Shown here piece by piece: positions 29,539 to 39,580 of a DNA stretch of 64,000 nt (position 1 is its first letter; every line of letters begins with the position of its first letter). Source of the DNA: an uncultured delta proteobacterium (GTDB lineage: Bacteria > Myxococcota_A > Polyangia > Polyangiales > Polyangiaceae); contig CAWDXG010000004.1 in the NCBI GenBank assembly GCA_963806225.1, forward strand, positions 3,808,001 through 3,872,000. The letters run 5' to 3'. A model generated the notes under the pieces. That model was not told the DNA's origin, did no database searches, and saw only the letters and a program-made list of their open reading frames with translations. Position numbers and translations under genes: made by a program.

Positions 29539-31352
29539 ATGCTCGGGCGGGCGGTCCGGTTCGCGCTGTCGCGCGGCGTCGAGGCAGGCTCGGTGCTCGC
29601 GGCCGAGCAAGCGCTCCGACGGGCTCGACCCGCTGCTCAAGGTGCTAGCGCTCAAACGTCTGGATCGCGTGATCGCGGAGGCGGCGCGCACGACGCAGCT
29701 CGACGACGAGGCGCATCGTCTCCGCATCGCCGCGATCATGCTCGACCGGCGCGTTCCGGAAGTCGGAGTACGACGACGACGCCGCCATCGCCGGCGAGTA
29801 CGCCCGGCTCGAGGCCCCCGCCCCGCCGCGCCGCGGTCCGTGGCTCGTCGGGCGGCGCCGCGCTGACCCTGGTGCTCGGCGTCGCAGCCGCAGTCACCGT
29901 CGTGGTGCTCACGCGCCCGTTCGATCCAGTCGAAAACGCCCGCGGGTCGCGTGCTGTCGCGCACGCTCGGTCGACTTCATCGTCGTAGCCGATCGCAGGC
30001 CGCCGAGACGACGGCCGCGCTGGCACGCGCTGCGCGATGCCGCGAGCGACGACCGCGCGCAAGCGCGCGCTGGGCAAGGGTACGGCCGACGCTCGGGACA
30101 TCTGCTCGACACGGCGCGCGCGCTGGCCGAGGCGGCGCCGGCGGATCGCCAAGCAGAAGACGGACGCCTTCTTCTCCGCGACGAACACGCTCGACCAGTC
30201 GCTGGACGCGGCGAAGCTGCCCTACTTCGTCGATGCCGACCTTCTGCCGCGGCCGGGCGCTGCGGCTCCGCTGCTGTTTTCCTTCTACGTCGAACGGGAC
30301 AAGCGCGTCGCCGTGGCCGGACAGCACATCCGCGTGGTCTACCTGTGGCGGCTCGACACGCTGAACGTCCGGCAGAACTACCTCGGCTACACACGCGCTC
30401 GCATGCCAGCAGCGCTGGTGCTGCTCGACCAGATCGAGGACGAGCTGGTGCGTCTCGCCCTGCCCGCTATTCCGGCGGGCGAGCCCGCGGAGCTGTTCGA
30501 CGTAGACACGCGGCTCTCGCACCCGGATCGAGTCAAGGCCATCGAGGCGCGCGCGGGTAAGGTGATCCGCCGCCACTACGCCTCGATGCCCGCGGAGCTG
30601 CGCGCCGACGCCCAGCGCGTCGGCGAAGCTACTGGCGAGGCGGCGCGCGCTGGTCGAGAAATGGCAGGTGACGCTGCGCTGCCAGGGGCTCGAGCTCAGC
30701 GTTCCCGATCGCCTGATCCCCCCGCAAAGTACTCGCAAGGAGCTCGAGCTCCGGATTCCGCGCGACCAGCTGCGCGAGTGGGACGAGATTCACGAAGCCC
30801 TGCTAGCAGCCGGAGACCCTGCACGCATTCGAGCGCCTCCGCGATCGCTACGCCGCGTCGGTCGAACGCCACGAGGTCCAGCACCGTATCGACTACGCGC
30901 GCGGCCTGGTGCCGGTGCCGCCGCTTCTGGCGTCGATGCTGCACGTGGACAACCCCCTCGACGCGAAGCCGGGCTCGCTCGCCGCCCGCGCGCGCGACGA
31001 GATGTCCGCCTACCTGGCCGAGCTGGCGGGGCAAGCAGGACTCTCCGCTACTGGCCCTGGTGCTGCTGTCCCGCTTCGTGCTCGATCGCGATCTGTCAGC
31101 CGGGAGTCTACTTCTACGCGTCGCTCGCGGCGTTCGAGGGCATCGGGCAGGAGCTCGGCCTCGATGTCGAGTCGATCCTTGGGCGGGGCGCCGACGCCAG
31201 CGATTCGCCAGGCTGCTGTTTGCCGTGGTGAAGAACACGCCCGCCCGGATCCGCAAGGCGGCGGCTGGGCTGCTGCGAACAAGCAGTTCGGCGCCAAGCT
31301 GCCAGCGGTCCAGACCGTCAGCGAGAAGCGGAACCGGCCGTGGCGGCATTGA
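29539..31352 (+). CDS. Hypothetical membrane-anchored protein with HEXXH motif, multiple frameshifts
   Basis: Segments in several frames: LPYFVDAD, VYLWRLDTLN..LGYT, VERHEVQHRIDY, RDEMSAYLAEL; start uncertain. Confidence 0.6.
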
Positions 31353-31387
31353 TTACAGGCTTTGTCGAGACCGATCAGGTTTCGTAA

Positions 31388-31885
31388 TCAATGTGCCGCG
31401 TGCCCCACGCGAAGCTCCCGCGACGAGACGGAGAGCGCGGCGGCAGCGCAGATCAGCGCGTCGAAGAACGCCAGCGCCGGCCAGGGCGTCACTGCACCGG
31501 TCGCGCCCTGCACGTACAGTGCGATCACCAGCATCGGGATGCCCCAGCCCAGCGCGAGCAGCGGGACCGCCCAGAGCGCCCAGCGCTCGTGGTGCCGCCA
31601 GGGGATCGCGAGGATCACTCCGACCGCCAGCGCCGCGACCAGCGTCGGCGCGCCGATCGCCTTGACCATCGTGAGGTAGAGCAACTGCAGCTGCGGCGAC
31701 ACGTCGCTCCACTGCTGCCCATACGCCGCCGCGTGGTAGGGCAGGAAGCGCGGCGTGAACAGGTACATGAGTCCGGTACCGAGCATGCCGAGCACGACGA
31801 GCACATAGCTCGCGAACGCGGCGTAGCGACGCGATGCGGGATTTGTCGTGGGCCATGCGAGGATGCCAAGCATCCCGCGTGCCAT
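31388..31885 (-). CDS. Four-TM hypothetical membrane protein
   Basis: GLMYLFTPRFLPYHAAAYGQQW..IPW..WALWAVP; start uncertain. Confidence 0.7.
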   Translation of the reverse strand: MARGMLGILAWPTTNPASRRYAAFASYVLVVLGMLGTGLMYLFTPRFLPYHAAAYGQQWSDVSPQLQLLYLTMVKAIGAPTLVAALAVGVILAIPWRHHERWALWAVPLLALGWGIPMLVIALYVQGATGAVTPWPALAFFDALICAAAALSVSSRELRVGHAAH

Positions 31886-31992
31886 GGGACGCCGCGGGTC
31901 GAGCCGGAGATGCGCGCGGGATTTTCGCGCTGGGCGCACAAGGGCAGCGACACGTTGCGCCCACGAAGCTCGATTTGTGCGCATGGCGCGCC

Positions 31993-32008
31993 GGGCACGG
32001 CGCTTGCT
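31993..32008 (+). promoter_or_regulatory. sigma-54 promoter upstream of the KAS III pair
   Basis: GGGCACGGCGCTTGCT = GGCACG-N4-TTGC. Confidence 0.7.
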
Positions 32009-32030
32009 CCTCTGGAGCGGGGGGACAGTT

Positions 32031-33146
32031 GTGACACGCACGACCGCGACGTGGATGCTGCTGGAAGGCGCTTCAGCGCGTCACCGGGGCGTGCACCCGT
32101 ACCCAACCCGCTTCGAGAGTCTCGGACTGAAGCTGCCCGAGCGTCGCCTGGGCACCGACGGAGCTGATGGCGAGCACCCGGCACCACCCGAACATCGATC
32201 TGGAGCGTCTGACCGGCATCCACGAGCGGCACGTCTGCTCGGACGGTGAGGATTCCTTCACGCTCGCGGTCGGCGCCGCACGCGACTGCCTCGAGCACTC
32301 CCGCTACCAGGCCCACGACATGGAGATGCTCGTCAACTGCAGCATCAGCAAGAACAAGGGCGGTCTGCACCATCACTTCGAACCTCCGCTCAGCCTGTCG
32401 GTGAAGGAGGCCATCGGAGCGGAGCGAGCGCTCTCGTTCGATTTGTCGAATGCGTGCGCCGGAATGATGAGCGGCGTGCTCGTGCTGCACGACTTCATCC
32501 GCCGCGGCGTCATCCAGCGGGGCATGGTCGTCAGCGGCGAATACATCTCGAGTCTGGGGACGAACGCTGCACAACAGATCCGCAGCATCCTCAGCAGCCA
32601 TCTGGCGTCTCTGACGCTCGGCGACGCGGGCGCCGCGGTCATCGTGGAACGGGCGCCGAAGGGAGCGCCAGCCATCTCGCGTCGCCGGCTTCACCACGTT
32701 TCCGGAGTACAGCCGGCTCTGCCTCGGCACGTCGAGCGACGTCGGGCCCGGAGCGTCGATGGTGACGAAGGCACGCGCCATCCACAAGGTCGCGATCGCC
32801 GACTCGCCGCCCCTGCTCAAGGAGGCGCTCGACGCGAGCGGTCTGGACTTCGGCCAGATCGATCACGTGATCCCTCACCAGACCTCGGCGCGGGCCATCC
32901 GCATCGGTGCGAAGGAGATCTCGCGAGGAGCTCGGCGTCTCGCCGAAGCACGTGGTGACCAACGTGCTGGAGTTCGGGAACACCTCCTCCACCACCCATT
33001 TCGTCGCCCTCTACAAATACCTGTCGGAAGGTCGCTTCAAGACAGGCGACCGGATCATGCTCATCTCGTTCGCATCGGGGCTGGAAGTCGGCGTCGTCAT
33101 CTTCGAGATGGATGGATTGGTGGAACGCTATGGGCGCGCAGATTGA
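32031..33146 (+). CDS. 3-oxoacyl-ACP synthase III (FabH-like), catalytic triad intact, frameshifted
   Basis: FDLSNACAGM (Cys), VIPHQTS (His), FGNTSST (Asn), LTLGDAGAA, FASGL; frame changes near 32160, 32680, 32920. Confidence 0.82.
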
Positions 33147-34031
33147 AAGCTTTGCGACGGTGCGCGGGCACCATGCAGCCGTTCCACAAGGGTGCGCTGA
33201 AGCTCGCCGACGCAGCGATCGCGACCTGTCTCGAACGCGCGGGCCGCTCGGCAACCGATCTGGACCTCCTGATCAACGCCGGCGTCTACCGCGACGACAA
33301 CCTCGGCGAGCCGGCGCTGGCGGCATTGATCCAGGAAGATGTCGGCGCGAACCTCCGACGCTCGCGCGAGGCGCACGGCACCTTCTCGTTCGATATCTCG
33401 AACGGCGGCGCGGGGGTTATCACGGCGCTGTATCTGCTGGACGGTTTCCTCGCCGACAGCATCGACCTGGGACTGGTCGTGGCCAGCGACGCGCATCCCG
33501 GGGGCGCCGTGACACCAGTCTTCCCCTTCGCGCACGTCGGCGGAGCGATGCTGCTCGTACCGGGTGGGGAGGACGCGGGCTTCGTCGGCTTCGCGTTCGA
33601 CGACTACCCGGAGTTCGAGTCGCTGTTCACGGCCAAGCTCGGCTGGGAGGAGCGGCGGCTGAGGGGCGGCCACAACGTGCTCATCGATCGACGAGGCACC
33701 GGGCTACGCCGAGCGCGCGGTCGAGTGCGCCGTCGCCTCCACGCGGCGCTTCCTCGATCGCTTCGGGATGCGTCCCCGGGACGTCGATCTGATTGTGTCG
33801 AGCCAGCTGCCCGGGCGCTTTCCCGACACACTCGCCAGACGCCTGGAGCTGTCCAGAGACCGCATCGCGGGCGTGACCGACGAGCTCTCCGGCATCCACA
33901 CCGCCGCGCCCATCGCCGCACTGGAAGCCGCCGAGCGGAGCGGGCGTCTGGCGGAAGCGAGGCAGCTCCTGTTCGTGACGGTCGGCGCCGGGATCAGCGT
34001 GGGGTTGGCGCTGTACAGGCGCGCGGGCTGA
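33130..34031 (+). CDS. Second KAS III-fold protein lacking the catalytic Cys, frameshifted
   Basis: DLLINAGVYRD..EPALAALIQ, FSFDISNGGAG (no Cys), IHTAAP, TVGAGISVG. Confidence 0.75.
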
Positions 34032-34154
34032 GCGGAGCAAATGAACGAGCTCCGGCAGCCGCCGGGGCGACGTGAGCTGTACCCCTGCCCAGGGTCGCCC
34101 ATTCGGCCGGACCGGCCGCCGGCAGCAGCTGGCGACTTGTGACTATAATGGGGC

Positions 34155-35864
34155 GTGCTCCGCATTTCCGTGTGCGCCGAGCCCCGGGCCTCGAAGCGCA
34201 TCTGTTCGCTGCTGTCCGCCGGCGGATCGGGCGACCAGCGCGTCTACCCGGAAAATGACTTCGAGGCGTGCCGGGCAGCGCTGAAGACCGGACAGCACGA
34301 TGTCTATTTCGTGGCCTGGCCGAAGCCCTCGCAGATGTGGACGCTGCTCGACGAGGCGGCCAGCGGGGGCTCCGAAGCGCGAGTGGTCGCGATCCTGGAC
34401 ACGCTCGATCTGGAGCGCGAAGCCGAGGCGCTGCAGCGCGGCGCCGCCGACGTGCTGATCCTGGAGGAGCTCGGGCCGGGCGTCCTGCAGCGCGCCGTGC
34501 GGCGGCTGCTCGCGCGGCGCTCACGGGATCCGGCCGACGGCAGCGAGCTGGACCTGGGCGGCGCGGGCGGTTCGATCCGCGCCCTGCGCGACGCGCTGAT
34601 GCGCGCGACCGCAGAGAACAGCGCGTTCGCGGTGCTGTCGCTGGGCGTCGAACAGCTCTCGCCGCGCGCCACCGTGTTCGAGGACCAGAACGCCGCACTC
34701 TCGGACTTCGAGCGGCTGTTGTCGGGCCTGCTCGACGACGACGTCCGCTTGTTCCGCCTCGGCTCGCGCTTCATCGCCCTGCTCGAGAATCCGGCGTCCG
34801 GCCCCACCGTGGCTCGCACGGCCGATCGCATCCTCGAGCGCATGGACGCGCCGGCCGTGATTGCCGGTCGGACGCTGGAACCGACGGTCAGCATCGGTAT
34901 CGCGCTCTCGCCCGACGACGGCACCGAAGCGGGCGAGGTGCTGCGGGGCGCCAAGGTCGCCATGCAGACCGCCCGGGCCGCCGGCGGACGGGTGTTCCGC
35001 TTCAGATCGCACGCGCCCAACCACCAGGCGTCGCGACGCCTCGCGCTGCAGCGCGGGCTGGCCGGCGCGCTCGAGCGGCGGGAGTTCGCCCTTGCGTACC
35101 AGCCGCAGATCGATCTGGAGAACGAGCTGCTGGTCGGAGCCGAGGCGCTGCTGCGCTGGCAAAGCCCCGAGCTCGGGCCCGTGCCCCCGTCGGAGTTCAT
35201 CCCGGTGCTCGAACAGTCGGGGCACATCACCGAGGTGGGTGAGTGGGCGTTGCGTGAAGCCTGTCGCCAGGCCCAGGTGTGGAACTGCGACAACCGCCCG
35301 ATCTGCGTCAGTGTGAATGTCTCCGCGCGCCAGTTCGAGAAAGTGAACATCGAGGATCTGGTGCGGGACGCGCTGGCCGAATCCCGCCTCCCGCCGGCAC
35401 TGCTGGGCCTCGAGCTCACCGAGGGCTTGCTGCTCGAGAGCACGGCCGACATCCGCGACGCGCTCGCGTCGCTACGGCAGCTCGGCGTGAAGATCGCAGT
35501 CGACGACTTCGGTACCGGCTACGCTTCGCTCAGCTACGTCAAGCGTTTCCCGATGAGCGCGATCAAGATCGATCGGGAGTTCGTGCGCGGACTGCCGATC
35601 GACGCGGAAAACGTGGCGATCACCAGCTCGATCCTGGCGCTGGCCCACAGCCTGGCGTTCGAGGTCATCGCTGAAGGGGTCGAGACGGAGGGCGAGCAGG
35701 AGTTCCTGCGCAGCCTGCACTGCGACGTGGTGCAGGGCTTTCTGCACGCGCGCCCCATGCACGTACCGGACTTCGAACAGTGGCGCGATGCCTACTTCGG
35801 TGACAGGTCGGCAAGGGGCGGCGCTCTCCGCTCGCGGCCGCCACCGCCGCCGGAGGCCCAGTGA
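34155..35864 (+). CDS. REC-like / degenerate GGDEF / EAL c-di-GMP phosphodiesterase
   Basis: YQPQ, EALLRW, VNVS, ELTE, DDFGTGYASL, KIDREF, EGVE; GGDEF replaced by RLGSRF. Confidence 0.88.
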   Translation: MLRISVCAEPRASKRICSLLSAGGSGDQRVYPENDFEACRAALKTGQHDVYFVAWPKPSQMWTLLDEAASGGSEARVVAILDTLDLEREAEALQRGAADVLILEELGPGVLQRAVRRLLARRSRDPADGSELDLGGAGGSIRALRDALMRATAENSAFAVLSLGVEQLSPRATVFEDQNAALSDFERLLSGLLDDDVRLFRLGSRFIALLENPASGPTVARTADRILERMDAPAVIAGRTLEPTVSIGIALSPDDGTEAGEVLRGAKVAMQTARAAGGRVFRFRSHAPNHQASRRLALQRGLAGALERREFALAYQPQIDLENELLVGAEALLRWQSPELGPVPPSEFIPVLEQSGHITEVGEWALREACRQAQVWNCDNRPICVSVNVSARQFEKVNIEDLVRDALAESRLPPALLGLELTEGLLLESTADIRDALASLRQLGVKIAVDDFGTGYASLSYVKRFPMSAIKIDREFVRGLPIDAENVAITSSILALAHSLAFEVIAEGVETEGEQEFLRSLHCDVVQGFLHARPMHVPDFEQWRDAYFGDRSARGGALRSRPPPPPEAQ

Positions 35865-37651
35865 GCGGCCAGGCCCGGATCGAACCGGGCGCGCTGTTCG
35901 CGTCCGACTACCGGATCGAACGCGTGCTCTGCGCGGAACAGCCGGACCGCTGCTACATCGCGACAGAGAACAAGGGCGGCCGCAGGGTACGGATCGTCGA
36001 GCTCCCCGCGTCGCGATCGCTCGCGTGGACCACCGCGGCCGTCGAGCATCCAGCGCTGGCCGAGCTGCTAGCGGTGCTCACCGTGCTGAGCAGCAACTTC
36101 GGAGTGTTCGAGGAAGTCGACGGGACGCGCGCATCGGCGCGGCTTGCCGAGGCCGGCCCTCTCGGCGCATTCGAGGCGGTGCGCGCGGCACTTCGCGTCA
36201 CCGAGGGACTGACCGTGATGCACCGGAGCGGTCTCATCCACGGCGCGGTCCAACCGGGCAACGTGGTGATCGAGCCCGAGCGGCCCGGCGCTGCGACGCT
36301 CGTCCCGGGATCGGCTTCGCAGCGTCCGCCCGGCTATCGCGCTCCCGACAGGGAGGGCCAGGCTCTCGCGCCGGAGGACGACCTCTGGGCCACCGGGGCC
36401 CTGCTCTACGAGATGCTCACCGGCGCGGCGCCGCCGGAAAGCGGCGTGTCCGCTCCCGAGCAGCTCGAAGACGCGGGCCTCGAAGAGGACGTCCTGGGCG
36501 GCATCGTGGCGCAGGCGCTGGCCGCGGACCCCAACCGCCGCAGCTCGCGCATCGCGTCGATGCGCCACCCGCTCAGCTGCTGGTTGGAACGCAACGAGAA
36601 GCAACCCGAGTCGGCTCCGGGCAGCGCGCGCTCCTACGCATGGAGCCGCGCGGTGCTTCCGTCGAGCCGACCACCGCCGCAGCGCAACAGCGAGGCGCCC
36701 GAGCTTGAAGTCAGCGAAGGGCTCCTCAGCGAACCGCCGCCCGACAGCACGGCACTGCCGGCGCGACGGGACAGCCACCGGCCGGAGATCGAAGTGGCGG
36801 AAGGGCACCTGAGCGAGCCGCCGCCCGAAAGCGATGCCGCAGCGCCGAGCGTGGATGCGCCGGAAGAGGCAGCCCCGGCGAACGCCGACGTGACGCGACA
36901 AGCGCCCGAGAGCTCGTCCGGCAAGCGCTGGTTCGGTCTGGCCGTGGCCGCCGTCGTCGTGTGCGGCGTCGCCCTGCTCGTGTCGCGTCACAAGACCGGC
37001 TCGCCCGCAGCGAGTCACCGGGCCATTTCCCGCCAAAGCGCCCGGCCCGCCAGCATCGGTCCCCGGGCACCGTCCGCCCGCGTGCGCAAGCGCCCGCCGC
37101 CCCCGGCGGTTTCCGCGGCCGCTCCGGCCCCGCCCACCGCGTCGGCAGCGCCGGCGGACGAATCGGTCGCGGTCTGCGTCGCACGCCATCTGCCCGCCTT
37201 CTCCTTCATGAAGACGCCGGACATGGACTGGCTGTGCCAGGTGGGCGATCCACGTTCCGGTGCACAGCACCTGCACGGCGACATCGTGCGCGCTTCGAAC
37301 GGCCACAGCGTCACTCCGGCGATGCAGCTGTTCAGTCCCTTGACCTGGTACGGAATGGCCGAGCTCGCGGTGCTCCGTGGCGCGTGCTGCCTCGACGCGC
37401 CGCCGCTCAAGCTCCCGGCACCATCGGCGGGCTGCCAATCGATGGCCGAGGTCCTCAACGGCCTGGCTACCGAGGTATCGGAAGCGGCGAATCCCGAGCC
37501 GCAGATCCAGGCGTTCTCCGAAGCGATCGGCTGCGAGGTGCGCCACAATCGCCAAGTGGCGTTCTGGCAGAAGGATCGCCCCGGCGGCGGCGAAGCCCAC
37601 GACTTCGAGAAACTACTCGAGAGCGCCATGCACCCGCGGAGCGCGCCGTAG
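35861..37651 (+). CDS. Membrane Ser/Thr kinase-like protein (pseudokinase) with Cys-rich extracytoplasmic domain
   Basis: HPALA, IHGAVQPGNV, YRAPD, DDLWATGALLYEMLTG; no Gly-loop or DFG; one TM. Confidence 0.75.
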   Translation: MSGQARIEPGALFASDYRIERVLCAEQPDRCYIATENKGGRRVRIVELPASRSLAWTTAAVEHPALAELLAVLTVLSSNFGVFEEVDGTRASARLAEAGPLGAFEAVRAALRVTEGLTVMHRSGLIHGAVQPGNVVIEPERPGAATLVPGSASQRPPGYRAPDREGQALAPEDDLWATGALLYEMLTGAAPPESGVSAPEQLEDAGLEEDVLGGIVAQALAADPNRRSSRIASMRHPLSCWLERNEKQPESAPGSARSYAWSRAVLPSSRPPPQRNSEAPELEVSEGLLSEPPPDSTALPARRDSHRPEIEVAEGHLSEPPPESDAAAPSVDAPEEAAPANADVTRQAPESSSGKRWFGLAVAAVVVCGVALLVSRHKTGSPAASHRAISRQSARPASIGPRAPSARVRKRPPPPAVSAAAPAPPTASAAPADESVAVCVARHLPAFSFMKTPDMDWLCQVGDPRSGAQHLHGDIVRASNGHSVTPAMQLFSPLTWYGMAELAVLRGACCLDAPPLKLPAPSAGCQSMAEVLNGLATEVSEAANPEPQIQAFSEAIGCEVRHNRQVAFWQKDRPGGGEAHDFEKLLESAMHPRSAP

Positions 37652-37660
37652 GCGGCGGAC

Positions 37661-38101
37661 GTGACGCGTCGCACGGCGTTCCTGTTCGTGCTGCTCGCCT
37701 GTGGCTGCGAGGGGCGGCAGGGCGTGTACGTCGTCTCTGAAGGCGGTCCGCCCCCCGAAGCCGCGCCGGAGAGCGGGGGCGGGGGAGCCACCGACGCCGG
37801 CACCGACGCTCCGGCCGAAGCGGAAGCCGGCCTGGGCACCGCCTGCATCGACTCGTGCAACACCGCGCTCTCGATCGGCTGCGCCCAGGACGAGATGAAC
37901 GCCTGCCTGGCCGGCTGCAGCGACTACGTCGCGCAGTTTCCGCTCTGCATGTCGCAGATCAACGCCGAGAACGCGTGCGCGGCGGCGCAGCCAGAGAACC
38001 ACTGGTTCTGCGACGTCGACGGCTTCGCTACGCTCCACGCGAGCTACTGCGCCGCGGAGCACAGCGCGACGCAGGGTTGCCTGTCGAAGAACTACCCGTA
38101 G
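37661..38101 (+). CDS. Small Cys-rich lipoprotein
   Basis: LLACGC lipobox; about ten Cys in the mature part. Confidence 0.7.
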   Translation: MTRRTAFLFVLLACGCEGRQGVYVVSEGGPPPEAAPESGGGGATDAGTDAPAEAEAGLGTACIDSCNTALSIGCAQDEMNACLAGCSDYVAQFPLCMSQINAENACAAAQPENHWFCDVDGFATLHASYCAAEHSATQGCLSKNYP

Positions 38102-38120
38102 CGCCTGTCCGGCGCACCGC

Positions 38121-38930
38121 TCAACCCGGAGCCGGGACCTGTTCCTCGCCGTCGAGCAGCTCCTCCACCGAGACGGTCTCGAGCCCGCGCTCGTCGATGG
38201 CCTGGAGGAGCCGGGGAAGGGCCTCGACGGCGGCCGGCTCGAAGTCGTCACGCTCGGCGGCGTCGTGCAGCATCACGATAGCGCCGTCCCTGAGCCGCGG
38301 CTCGATGCGATCCACCACGCGCTCCGGCTGCGCTCCGGGCATCCCGTCGAACCCCCGCACCGACCAGCCGACGATCGTCACGCCGGCGCGCCGCGCCCCC
38401 AGGGCGGTGCGCGAGCTGACGTGGCCCACGGGCGGTCGGAAGAGCACCGGGCGGACCCCGCACGCTTGCTCGATCGCCTCCTGGGTCTGCTCGATGTCCG
38501 CCTTGATGAACTTCGGCGCCCTGAAACACAGGAGCCGATCGTGCAGAAAACCGTGCGCGCCCAACCAATGGCCGGCTTCGTGGATCTCGCGCACGACGTC
38601 GGGGTGCTGCCGCACCTTGCGCCCCACGACGAAGAACGTGGCCTTGTGTCCACTCCGCTCCAGGATGGCGAGGATCGCGCGCGTCGTCTCGGGATGCGGC
38701 CCGTCGTCGAAGGTGAGCGCGATGCCTTTCGCGCCGGGATCGCCGCGCCACACGACGTCGCCGTACATCTCCATCTGCGGGAACAGCACACCCATCGCCG
38801 CGAAGGTCGCGTAGGCGCCGAACGCGACGGAAGCGGCCCACCAGGGCACGGGGCCGATGAGCAGCGAGCGCACCAGCAGGGCGACTCCGCCGATGCTGGC
38901 GACCCAGAGCGCTATGCGTGCGGGCGGCAA
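38121..38930 (-). CDS. Polysaccharide deacetylase (CE4/NodB)
   Basis: ALTFDDGP, ATFFVVG, GAHGFLH, FRPPVG, IVMLHD. Confidence 0.92.
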   Translation of the reverse strand: MPPARIALWVASIGGVALLVRSLLIGPVPWWAASVAFGAYATFAAMGVLFPQMEMYGDVVWRGDPGAKGIALTFDDGPHPETTRAILAILERSGHKATFFVVGRKVRQHPDVVREIHEAGHWLGAHGFLHDRLLCFRAPKFIKADIEQTQEAIEQACGVRPVLFRPPVGHVSSRTALGARRAGVTIVGWSVRGFDGMPGAQPERVVDRIEPRLRDGAIVMLHDAAERDDFEPAAVEALPRLLQAIDERGLETVSVEELLDGEEQVPAPG

Positions 38931-38934
38931 GCGT

Positions 38935-39444
38935 TCAGCTCCTGCGCCGGGCCTTGCGCGACGACTGCTCGAGCTCGTCCGCCAGTTCCGCCTTGTCGTC
39001 CACAGCCCCGGCGGCCACGCGCTTCTTCTCCGCGGCGGCCGGTGGCTTCGCTTCGTCGTCCTCGTCGCCGGTGTTGTCGAGCTCGTAGAGCATGGAGAGC
39101 GCCGTGGCGATCAGCGGCAAGCTCACGATCGGCAGTTGACCGACGCTACCCTGGCCGAGCTGGCCGAGATCGAGGTGGAGCCCAAGCCAGCGACGCACAA
39201 CGTACATCAGACCCGCACCCAGCAGAGCGCCAACCAGCGCCTTGAGGCCCGCCTCGATGCGCGCGCCCGCCGCCCAGATCGGCTTGCCGGCCACCAGCCC
39301 GGACAGGACGCCGGTGACCACGGCGAGCAGATACGCCGCCCACACCCCCATCGTGGCCACACCGAGGCCCTTGACCAGGACGAGCCCGAGCACTGCGCCG
39401 AGCAGCACGCCCTTGACGAGGCCGATGAGCAGCCGTTTGAGCAT
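38935..39444 (-). CDS. Hypothetical membrane protein
   Basis: MLKRLLIGLVKG..; four TMs and a charged tail. Confidence 0.75.
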   Translation of the reverse strand: MLKRLLIGLVKGVLLGAVLGLVLVKGLGVATMGVWAAYLLAVVTGVLSGLVAGKPIWAAGARIEAGLKALVGALLGAGLMYVVRRWLGLHLDLGQLGQGSVGQLPIVSLPLIATALSMLYELDNTGDEDDEAKPPAAAEKKRVAAGAVDDKAELADELEQSSRKARRRS

Positions 39445-39580
39445 GGCGCTCCGAAGCCTTGAGGACTTGCGGGCGGTCGTCAACTGCCCTTCCGCGCGAC
39501 CGTGTCCCGACTAGCGATCGCGTCGTTAGCGCTCGACTCGGGGCCCGAGCTTTTCTAAGGGCTGTACGAGGCCCTGCGTC

